Source of the DNA: Patellaria atrata CBS 101060
Lineage: Eukaryota
Length of the DNA: 64,000 nt
Assembly (NCBI GenBank): GCA_010093705.1
Contig: MU006090.1
Location: forward strand, 1,391,817-1,455,816
Direction: 5' to 3'
The notes below the pieces were generated by a model. It made no database searches. It saw nothing but the letters and a program-made list of their open reading frames with translations, and had not been told where the DNA came from. Below are positions 52,601 to 62,891 of this stretch, one piece after another. Numbering within the stretch: position 1 is the stretch's first letter; every line of letters starts with the position of its first letter. A program made the position numbers and the translations under genes.

Positions 52601-53290
52601 ACATTGGAAGAGATGCTCAAAGTGCTCCCAGAGTCAATGGGCTTCAATATCGAAATGAAATATCCCATGCTCCATGAATCCGAAGAGCATGAGATGGACA
52701 CATACGCCGTTGAACTCAACTCGTTCTGCGACACAGTCCTTAACAAAGTGTACGAGCTTGGAAACAAACGGAACATAATATTTTCTTCCTTCAATCCCGA
52801 CATATGTCTCCTACTGTCGTTCAAGCAACCGTCCATTCCCATTCTATTCCTCACAGACGCAGGCACATGCGCCGTCGGAGACATAAGGGCTTCATCCCTC
52901 CAGGAAGCTATTCGCTTCGCATCTAGGTGGAATCTGCTAGGTGTAGTCAGCGCCGCAGAACCCCTCGTACTATGTCCGAGGTTAATAAGGGTGGTAAAGG
53001 AATCCGGGCTTGTATGCGTCAGCTACGGAACCTTGAACAACGATCCTGTAAATGTCAATAAGCAGTCCAATGAGGGTATGGATGCTGTGATTGTGGACAG
53101 TGTGTTGGCTGTTACACGAGGTATGCTCACGGATGCTAATAAGGTCGCGGCTCAAGAAACGCTGGTGCCAGAAGGGGAGGAGGTGATTGGATATGTGAAC
53201 AGGATTGTGGACACTATCAATGGTGTGCCTATCTATCTCAATGGACCGGAGCCAGATGGAGATCACCCACACGGGGCAGTCTTCACTTAG
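49671..53290 (+). CDS. GDE1: Glycerophosphocholine phosphodiesterase Gde1 (SPX + ankyrin + GDPD)
   Basis: MKFGHNLPRNQVPEW..YINYKGLKKLIK SPX start, intron 49807-49859, ankyrin repeats, IIGHRGLG, VEFDVQLTKD, FNIEMKYP. Confidence 0.96.
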
Positions 53291-53644
53291 GTAATTGGTT
53301 TCTGTATTTCTGAAGTGGGAAGCCACGGTTCGGTGGTGTTTGCATATCGGCATGGTCTTTGGGATTGCGATCCATTCAACTTAGATGTGCCTAGGCATGG
53401 AGAGTTTTCCGGTCTTTCTAATAGTGGGCGGCACTACTGGTCTTCATCACCCAAGAACCCGCTCTAGATAGAATCGGGATATTACTGAATAAAGTGTAAT
53501 CACACAATCTTGATCGCCTCATAGAAGGCTTAATGCAACTCTCATACTCCAACCTAACCTCACTCGAGACTATGTCAAAAGCCCTCCCATGCCCCTTAAG
53601 GTCACTTTCCTTCCAACTATGCTATGCCCCTCATCCCTCATCAC

Positions 53645-54339
53645 TCAAGCTCTCCGAATCTCCCACTTCACCTCCTTAATACTCACCTCTTCGCCCGCCT
53701 TTTCATCATACTCATACCATTCCCCCTCAGAGAGATCTATCCCAGTAAATGGGGTGTTCGACTCGATACCGGTAGCCAGGAACTCGCCCTATGATAAACA
53801 ATCAGACACTCCCTTCCCACGAGCCATTATGGAATGGAAGGCCGTCCTACCTCAGGCTTAAACTCAAGAAATTCCAACCCCCTACAATCAAACTCAAGTA
53901 TATTAACCCTCTTCGGGGGCTCCGACTGCTCATACGGCACCGGCGGCGCCTTGATGTTCGCCGAGTGTTCCCTCTGTCATCACCCAAAACCCATTAGCCC
54001 CGCGTCTCGTCAAATGTACAGTTTCATTTGCTTTTTGTAGTCTTGGCTGAAGTTGGCGGACCTTACAGTTCTTACACTTCCATACGAAATTCGCCTCCCC
54101 GCGGCTCCCGCTCTGCTCGTGCGTCTCGTGCCGATTTAGAGTCACGAAGTTTGGATGCGTTTCGCGGCAGGACGTGCATTGCACTTTGAAGGTGTAAGAG
54201 AAGGGGTTGGAGGCATCGTCGAGGGGGCGGAGGGAGGTTACGCTGGTGAAGAAGTTAGTGGGTTAGTTTGGATATGTCGGCAGAAGAAGGGATGGGAGTA
54301 CCCGATGAGTTCGGCGGTTAGGGCAAGGGCGAGGACCAT
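53645..54339 (-). CDS. CXXC-motif zinc-binding protein (CZIB / UPF0587 / C1orf123 family)
   Basis: Four exons: MVLALALTAELIG|VTSLRP..FKVQCTSCRETHP..GSRGEANFVWKCKNCK|REHSANI..FDCRGLEFLEFKPE|GEF..DLSEGEWYEYDEKAGEEVSI. Confidence 0.9.
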
Positions 54340-55144
54340 GATGTGCTTGAGCTTGGAGGGTAGAAGAGGTTATGGTATAGGTTTATGAGAAAATTAGCTC
54401 TGGAGGTTATGTTGTTATGGTGGAGCATCGAATGACATAATATTATGAGGTGCAGGATTACTAGTGATTCCAAGGTGGGGTAGCTTTATATAGGACAGGA
54501 AATATTACAAGTTCGAAGAAGAATATCTTTGTAATATCTGGACACTTTATCAGTAATTGAATTTCTAGCTAGTTCCCCTATCTGATATAAGGTAGCTACA
54601 AAGTACTCGAAGCTTTCGCACCACCGGTGCCTCCGGCTAATATTTCGTATGAGACTCGGAATACCGATAGGGCTTGCAAATTGTCCTTTGCAACGAATCC
54701 ATGGTAACCTCTTGGTTTGACCGATTCGTCTTGACACCGAGTCTTTCCTTTGTTCATTCTATTGCTAATGGATTTTTTGAATTATCACTCCGCCAACTCA
54801 GGAATCCCCATGGTTAGAATGTACTAGTCGCAATGTACGGGACGTGGGGAATGCGTCTGTTTTGATAGAAACAGTACGAAAGACACGAAATGGTTATAGC
54901 TGCTGGCGTAAGAAATCCCCATTAACCCCAGTCGGACCTAACGCTCATTCTGGATCTAGACGTTCTGCCCGCCGTAATGGACCCAGTCAGAATCCGCGAA
55001 GGATGGGAGCTGCCTATTAAGTCATGTCTCCCCTTGGGGAGAAAATATGGCTCCTTTCAGACCTTGTGCCAAACGTGACCCGCATCTTTCTCTCGAACAA
55101 TCTCTTCAAAATAAGTTCGATCGACACCAGGGCCATCAGAAAGG

Positions 55145-55975
55145 TTATCGTTCGTATATCTCGGATGGGGTCTGAGTTAAGAACGCAAAGCCGGCTGCGA
55201 TTTCCACTAGTTCCTCATTTCTGCGCTCTTCCCGCTTCTTCTTCTCCATCTTATAGTAAGGCAGTGTCGTAGCTGCACTTAAATCAATCCACCGAACGTT
55301 TTGGGAGTTGTCCAGAATGTTAGTGGACTTGATATCCTCATGCAGTATCCCTGGCGCGTGTAAGCCTTTAAGACCCTCCCATACACTGTCCATGATGTCT
55401 TTAGTGAGCTGAAATTCTGCTAACGGCAAGCCTGGGACATATTCGTAGACTAATGCGCGTACAAGGAATCGCATGTCCTAGGCATCCGGTCCCACGAAAA
55501 CTCTTGGACATTAAAACGCCTAGCGATATGACTCTCTAGAGAGCGATCAACGCACATCCATCCGTAGCAGAATGGTGTAAATTTCCGTTTAATTCTTGGG
55601 ATATTAGAGAGGAATTCGCCCGGCACTCTCTGATGAAATGATCGCAGTGTGCCTCTATCTCTTCCTGGGAAAACTTCAATCTTCTTAATGGTATATGGAG
55701 ACGTGGATTTTAAAACTTGAACTGGAGTAGATATGTAAGTTTGACACAAAAAAATGTGTGATATCATCTTACCATTTTAATAGCATATCTCTGAGAACCC
55801 TTGCTAGCTCTAAATACATATCCAGCACCGCCAGAGCCGATCCGTGCTCGAACCTTAAGCTCCGAAGGGTCGAACATAGGAATACCTTCACAGCATTTGG
55901 GGGGAATAGCGCCTTGCAAAGACCTGATTAGGAAGAGAAGTGTTGAGTAAAGGAGCGGATGTTGTGTTTCGAAGT
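55145..55975 (-). pseudogene. Atypical protein-kinase-like gene (fungal 'FTA2-like' type), pseudogene
   Basis: RIGSGGAGYVF..YAIKM| (intron 55772-55722), FIRECRA, FTPFCYGW, VRALVYEYVPG, GILHEDIKSTNIL, WIDLSAATTLP. In-frame TAA at 55710-55712 and frameshifts near 55585 and 55470. Confidence 0.75.
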
Positions 55976-56815
55976 CGTATTGTTAGGCATCCGACAAATA
56001 TACCCGAATAATCAAGGTCACGTGCACAAGTGGTGCGTGCTCGTGTCTTGTTAAGGTACGGTACAGTACTTACCTCATCTTGGGTTATCTTAACAACTCA
56101 CGATCCATCGTCACCAGTATCAGCTAATAGAAGCTTACGTGCATCAAATATGTATAACTGCGCAAATATCTCTAATTGAGCTGATTGCTCGCAGAAAACA
56201 GGACTAACCAATGTAAAAGTTACACTCGATCTATCATCGGATGTATCACGGGATGAACTCTAGGTGGACGAGTCCTCATGGGAATAATGAATGCCATGCT
56301 TATCTATAAGATTTGTCTCTACTGTTCCAGTGATTATGCATATCGGGGGCTACTCTAGGGTGTCACAGCAGTTCCTAAAGAAGGTTGATAACCCGATACT
56401 TTTCACACACATATGACCGCGCAAAGCCAGTTTTGAATGCAGGATGTCACACTGAGGTGGGCGCCACATCTTTGGCCAAAATGAGGGCTTAAATTGAGTC
56501 AAACGACTTCACGCAAAGCAATAACATGCGTGCGCGCATTTTCCGTTAAGTTACCCCATGAGCTCTGCAAAATCAGCCCTTGTCTAGTGACTTCGATAGC
56601 TTTTATAACTATTTCCTTCTTCCCTTTATTTACCAGTCTTCTGTTATCTAACTCACTACCTGATCATACGAATTGCATAAATGGTCAGACAATAGGGTTC
56701 CCCTTATACTTCAGAACTTCCGTACCAGCCATTCACTGGGTGTTTTTAAGTGTATAGGGGGCGACTGATTCCAATGTAACTTCAACACCGGTAGACTGAT
56801 CATAAATCCATCATC

Positions 56816-57481
56816 ATGGCAACGACGTTGCTCGAATATCTAACACAACCGAATCCTCTGGTCAATCGCGATTATGCTAAGACAGGTTCAAATACGGAGT
56901 TGGAGAAAGAGGGCCAGTTTGAAGGTTCTCGACCATGGGAAGACTTCAACTACGAGCATGTCATAGCATGTTTCGGTGACATTCTGCAGCTCCCGTTGCC
57001 ACCGCAACGCTTTCCCCCTCCAAGCGCGATATCTCCAGATCATCTATTCATAATCGACGAATCTTCGGTGACAAATATTCTCGTTAAGTCAAATCATACA
57101 ATAGTTCAATGTGCTTGAAAATTGCATCAGAGCTCTTGAAGAAAGATTACGGTCTTATTCTACCGATATCGTGGTCTTGGGGCTCTCTATCTACCCTGGA
57201 AGAAGATTCACGGTACCGTCCTGACTGGGCTGGTACTACTAAGCAAAGGAATCATCCACCATTTCCAAGTCGAATGCCTGGAGAAACGAAGGATTCTGGA
57301 AAATGGAAAAGCTCGAATCGAAGAAACATAGTACAAGGACGCAGGGTGAGAAGGTTCGAATAAAATTTCGACCAATTCAAGAGGGATAGGAGAGGGCAGT
57401 CGGTCAGGAGAAAGTAGTCGGGCAGGAGAGAGTAGTCGGGTAGGAGCGAATGCTGGAAGGAGAGGACGGTGGGGAGTCTGA
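56816..57481 (+). pseudogene. PD-(D/E)xK nuclease-like fungal protein, frameshifted and truncated
   Basis: MATTLLEYLTQPNP..RPWEDFNYE..IIDESSV, a -1 frameshift at ~57115, then RYRPDWAG..MPGETKDSGKW; the frame is lost soon after. Confidence 0.55.
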
Positions 57482-58258
57482 TACGGCTTTCTCATCTTGT
57501 CCGTACAGTATCGCCTGAGGGAGCTTGAAAAGGGAGAGTGTAGTAGACCGAAGATAGGACGAGAAGGGAATAGATACATTGGTGATATTTATGGGTGTGC
57601 ATAATATCCACAGTTTAGCAATTGGTATTTTTTTTTTTTAATCCATTGTATTGCGTTATCTACAATACTGCGCATGCAGCCTCTTGGGCTATGGCGCTAC
57701 TCTTCTATCTACATAAATCCCTATTCTAGGGCTATAATATGTCTAGTGAGAGTGTCTGGGGATTGAAGCTCCCCAGTTGTTCAAACTCTGTAGTTTAATC
57801 CAAACATTAGAAAAGCTGAACCAACTTCACTATATCCTTTGTTCTTCAATTCCCTGCATTATATAGCGATCTAGTTTCTCCCCTATGTTCTATTTAGCAA
57901 TTGGTATAGCGGCTATGCTGTGCGCACAATTCGGATATTGTGAATAATCAAGTTGAAGGAAGATCAAGGGTAACCATATAGTGAACATGTTGGCCTAAGC
58001 AAGCGGCCATCTTATACAAAGCTTAGCACTAATCATTGCTCATTCTCTAGTAGAAGTGCAAGCATTTCTTGTGATGAAGTGAGGAAGCTCCCCGGATACT
58101 CTTCCGATGTGGTTTAGCTTACTTTTAAGTCGTGAGGGTGACCTCAGCCGACCACCCAGTTGTTCCGCTCAGGAACCGACAACACAACTATCTTAAATCA
58201 TTCATATACTCTCCATAACTGATTCCCTTCAAATCTCCTACAGTATGCTCCGATAACA

Positions 58259-60502
58259 ATGCAATCTCTCTGGTCGCGGACAGCCCAAGCTCGATCCGCC
58301 TGCGGCTGTCCGTCATGTTTAGCTACTGCGTCCGCAATTGCACGTTGTAGCAGTCTCGCCAATGCGAAGCGATTGTTCCAGCTCAATTCCTCGTCGACGA
58401 TATTTTACTCTACTATCTTCGCCGCGGCTGCGGTCGCGGATGCTAGTGCGAAGCAGAAAAGGAGGAGTCAGTGGGATAGGGCTATCACAACCGCGAGAAG
58501 GGAGTTGGACCAATTGAGAGCCCGGTCAGATCTTGCGGTCGCAAGTAATGGGGAGGTCGCTTTGCTAGAAGTGGGAGATGAAGGGTCTAGTCAGTTAGAA
58601 CAGGCGAGGGACAGTAACATCAATGACGAAGAAGAGCTGAGGACTGGTTTATCAGAACCGGGAGAACGAGAGCATGGTCAATTGCATTCTAACCACGGGG
58701 ATGTAACCGCACAATCTCATTGGAAATATGCCGAGGAACCAGTTATACCGAGGCTGGATGATGGAGAGCAGGTTCCTCTCTCCAAGGCAACGGGGTTTAC
58801 CATTAGGACATATCGATTTATGAAAACTACAACCAAGAACGTGGAAAAAAAGAGTGCATATCCCACAAATGAGAGTGAGCCAATCTCGAATAAGTCTGAT
58901 TTAAGTCAGTATTCTTTGCTTCCGGGAGCACGTCGTCCCAAATGGCCTGCTAATACCGGACCTACTCTCAACGCTCGTCATCTACCTCCTCAATCCCTGT
59001 GGTCAACCGACGAAGCGAGGAGAAAAGCTTTAGAACACCGATATACTCCTAAAAAATTACGACTCACTGGTCTCATCGTCATGCGTTTAGTCCTGGTCTT
59101 ATTTCTTTATGCACGGATTCATGACTTCTCCCCGAGGCATGCAAGTGATTTGCCCATTACGGTCAAAGCGTTAGCTTGCAAAAGTCGGGAGCAATTGCTC
59201 GACCTACTTTTGGAGGTACAGAGTGAAACAGATTATTGCAGATCTACCTCTGTTGCCGACGATGCTGGAGAAGGTCGAATACTATCTGTCCCCATACCGA
59301 GATATCACCAAGATGATGACGGTGTATTTCATATGGTAACAGCAGATATGAATAATTCCATCATGAACATCTGTGAGAAACACCATCATAAGAAGGGGAT
59401 GACATTTAAAGATTTGATAATCTTTCTATCTGATTTACTTCTGGATTCATCATCACCACCAAATGTCAGCACTTGGAACGCACTAATCTCATGGTTTGCC
59501 CGATGGGGGCGTGGTGGCATTGTTGATGCACTCGTCAGCAGCATTATTGACGGCTATGTCCGTCCAAACGAGTATACCTGCGCTGCCACACTCACGCATT
59601 ACACTCGACGTAACGATGCTAAGAGCTTCGTCGATTTTGTTGCTAGGATGCGAGGCGCAGGTTTCAAGCATTTGATGCTTGCGAGACCGAATATCGCGAT
59701 CACAGACGCTGGCCGGTCACGTTTATTGCTTATTCCTGGTACCAGCAAGATCATTCAGAAGGTCTACCCAACACCGACGGTCTTCAACGCTCTCATGGGT
59801 GGAGTTCTCCAATTCGCCGGTTTCGAACGTGCCGTGGAAATCGCTGCGGAGATGCGTGAGGATGGCTGGGGATTAGATATTCCAGGTCTCACGCTGCTGA
59901 TTCGAGATTGCGTGAAAAGAAGAGATTGGAATTCTGGCTACGCAGTATGGAAACAGCTGCTCAAGGTCGCTCGCATGTCAGACGGTCGGAAACCTGTCGA
60001 TGTCGTCGCATACCACACTATGATACAGTTATGTAACGTTTGCGAGAAGGATGATAATGCAGAAAAGATCTACAAGGATGCCGAGGAGAGAGGTATCACG
60101 AGAAACAGAATAAATTCCATCCATCGAAAGATACCTGTCGCCACGCAATCTGCCGAGGATAATGTGCCCGCCTTGGAGAATCCGGAGATCGTGGCTGCTG
60201 GAATCGAGAATCTGGCTCCTAAGTTCCGCAAATGGGGAACGGTTTATGAAAACACTTCGAAGATTTACTTTTTCAATCAGGAGGCCAATCACGATAGTAC
60301 CGTCGAGGCTAAGGTATCTGACATCACTGACCGGGAAAATAATAATGAGGCTGAGGCGCCCGAAACCAGCGAGCTCAATAACGATGATGATCATCGTGTT
60401 TCCATGAACAATCGGCCTCCTTCTATTTCGAATATGCCAGGACATCTTCTCTCGCATAGCAACCAGCTTCCTACGGTGACTGTCAGCCCTGGTGCCGCTT
60501 AA
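58259..60502 (+). CDS. Mitochondrial pentatricopeptide-repeat (PPR) protein
   Basis: Presequence MQSLWSRTAQ..CGCPSCL; PPR-like motifs PNVSTWNALISWF, RPNEYTCAATL, PTPTVFNALMGG, DVVAYHTMIQLC. Confidence 0.82.
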   Translation: MQSLWSRTAQARSACGCPSCLATASAIARCSSLANAKRLFQLNSSSTIFYSTIFAAAAVADASAKQKRRSQWDRAITTARRELDQLRARSDLAVASNGEVALLEVGDEGSSQLEQARDSNINDEEELRTGLSEPGEREHGQLHSNHGDVTAQSHWKYAEEPVIPRLDDGEQVPLSKATGFTIRTYRFMKTTTKNVEKKSAYPTNESEPISNKSDLSQYSLLPGARRPKWPANTGPTLNARHLPPQSLWSTDEARRKALEHRYTPKKLRLTGLIVMRLVLVLFLYARIHDFSPRHASDLPITVKALACKSREQLLDLLLEVQSETDYCRSTSVADDAGEGRILSVPIPRYHQDDDGVFHMVTADMNNSIMNICEKHHHKKGMTFKDLIIFLSDLLLDSSSPPNVSTWNALISWFARWGRGGIVDALVSSIIDGYVRPNEYTCAATLTHYTRRNDAKSFVDFVARMRGAGFKHLMLARPNIAITDAGRSRLLLIPGTSKIIQKVYPTPTVFNALMGGVLQFAGFERAVEIAAEMREDGWGLDIPGLTLLIRDCVKRRDWNSGYAVWKQLLKVARMSDGRKPVDVVAYHTMIQLCNVCEKDDNAEKIYKDAEERGITRNRINSIHRKIPVATQSAEDNVPALENPEIVAAGIENLAPKFRKWGTVYENTSKIYFFNQEANHDSTVEAKVSDITDRENNNEAEAPETSELNNDDDHRVSMNNRPPSISNMPGHLLSHSNQLPTVTVSPGAA

Positions 60503-61819
60503 AGGACATCTCATCCCCTCAACTTTACCCAACTCAGAGTTGACCTTGGAACTAGATGTCTCTGAAGACACAACCAAGGTCAGCTGTACAAGCACCCGCG
60601 GTGGAAGGGGAACGTACGGATATTTATACGTTCTCAAACCCCCCACAGGCCCTCAAACCCTTTCCTGGGACCGCACAGAGCTATCCCCGACACTCCAAGC
60701 CTCTGGCCACCACGTCTTCTCGCTTCATTGTATATAATTTAGAACGCTAGACCAGGGAAATAGAGGGATGCGGGACGTCCGTTACGTCCTTGATGTATAT
60801 ATGGAGTTGTATATAGAAATTATTATGCATGTGTTTGAAATTTAAATGGTCTTCTTACCTCTTGACGTTCCTTTCTGTCCTTGGAGAATATATCCTCGTC
60901 TCTGACTTGAAAGCGTGCGTCACCAGTACGATGGGTAGGGGATCCCGAAGACCATGGAACCCACATATCGAGGGGTTTGAGCGAATGGGTGTGCTGGACT
61001 GTATAAGATGGTTGTACCATACAGTGTATATGACAAGGGAGGAGAGGGGGTTATGTACAATGCGTTCATAGCGATGGGCGATCGACGGCGTATGTAAGTA
61101 TGCATGCGGGTATGCAAGGGACTGGGAAGATGCGTAACGGATATGGTATGGGAAGTTTATCAGGCCTACCGCGGTGGAGGATAGGTATTCAGTTAACTCC
61201 AAGGGCCGGGGGGAATAGGTCGCTCTACAACGCCAACAACTTGACCAGCATCGATCAACGACGCAGTATAGGTGTGAGAGAGCATTTCGAAAGACTTGCA
61301 TGCAGGTATCTGGGGGACTGGGGAGATGCGCACGGGGTATGGTATGGCAAGTGAATCAGGTCCACCACGATAGAAGGTATACAGTAACATGATGACACGA
61401 AGACGGATGGACATGTCTCAAAAGAGTCAAATTAATCTCCTATCCATTACAGAGTCCCACTTCGGACTCACTTCTCCCCACCGCAGTCGCAATTAGTATA
61501 CAAGAAAGAGACAGAGCAAATCAAAAGACCCGAAGACTTCTTTTTTGCTCCAGGGATGCTGTGCTGGAAAAAAAATGCAGGTTGATGATAAATAGATAGA
61601 TGCAGTAAGGATCGTGGGTAACATCGCGCCATGTCGCTCATTATGCCTGAACAAGTTTGAGAGGAAGATAAAAAAAAAAAAGAAAAAAAAAGGGGACTTC
61701 CGCTATCCCTCCGCCTGACTCCACACTTCGTGCACTTACTTAACAATCATCCCACCAGAGTGTGAAAGAAAAATCCAAACCTCACACTATTAAGATTAAT
61801 ATTATTCATGTTCGAGAAT

Positions 61820-62891
61820 TTACAATGCGGCCACGACGGCGGCGGCACCGGCGGCAATGGCGTACCAGTCACGGACGGCCATCGGGGCGGCGGCGCCGGT
61901 GTACATGGCAGGAGTGGTGAAGGAAGCGGTAGGGACGGGAGCCTGGGGCTGCCCGTCGGAGATCTGGGTGACTGGTGCGCCAGTGGGAACTGGAGCTTGA
62001 GGCTGGCCATCGGAGATCTGAGTAACCGGAGCTCCAGTGGGGACGGGGGCTTGCGGTTGACCATCAGAGATCTGAGTGACGGGTGCGCCGGTGGTGGGGA
62101 CGGGAGCTTGAGGCTGACCGTCGGAGATCTGGGTGACTGGTGCGCCAGAAGTGGGAACGGGAGCCTGAGGCTGGCCGTCTGAAATTTGGGTTACGGGAGC
62201 AGTTGGTACTGGAGCCTGAGGTTGGCCATCGGAGATCTGGGTCACCTCGGTCGGCATAGGAGCCTGGGGTTGACCATCAGAGATCTGGGTGACACCAGTT
62301 GGTGCTTGTGGTTGACCGTCGGAAATCTGAGTGACTGGAGGAGTGGCCTGAGGTTGGCCATCGGGAAGCTGAGAAGCACTTGGTGACGTAGAGCCGCCGC
62401 TGACCATGATGAAAACTGGATAGCAGTGCTCTGCCCACTCGCGGTTGTAGAGGTTGTTGATCTCTCCGCTAGGGCATTGGTACCACATAGCGGAACCATC
62501 AAGAGCAAGTGTTCCATTAGCACAGACGGAGAATCCTTCAGTGACGAGGGCATTTGCTTGTGGAGGGCTATCGAATTGAAATTGGAAGTTAGAGGCAATA
62601 TAACCAGTGCGGTCCTCGCTATCCATAAGGACGCCGTCCGAGAGGGTCAATTCCAAAGTTTGGGCTTGCTAAGAGATATATGTTAGAGACGAAGGACATT
62701 AGGTAGACAACGAGCACACTCACCCTGCGTGATAGCCAACGCTTCGCGGACGATGAAGTAACATTTGCAGTGGTGATGGTGAACTCGCCATCATATGACG
62801 GTGAGCATTCTGATGAAGTTTCTCCCGATTGAGGTAATGGGGACGCAAAAGCGTGAGCAGCAAGTGCAACAAGAGCGAGAGAGTACTGCAT
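61820..62891 (-). CDS. PIR-repeat cell-wall mannoprotein with predicted GPI signal
   Basis: Signal peptide MQYSLALVAL, KR site, intron ~62724-62670, Cys domain (DRTGYIASNFQFQFDSPPQ..FSVC..WYQC..C), 9 Q[I/L][S/P]DGQPQA repeats, C-terminal YTGAA plus hydrophobic tail. Confidence 0.92.

Noticed and set aside
54440..58100. Terminal inverted repeats or target-site duplication around the kinase/nuclease island
   Set aside because: None found by eye. Only a 15-bp direct repeat (TTTAGCAATTGGTAT at 57614 and 57893) on one side was seen, so the island is not called a mobile element.
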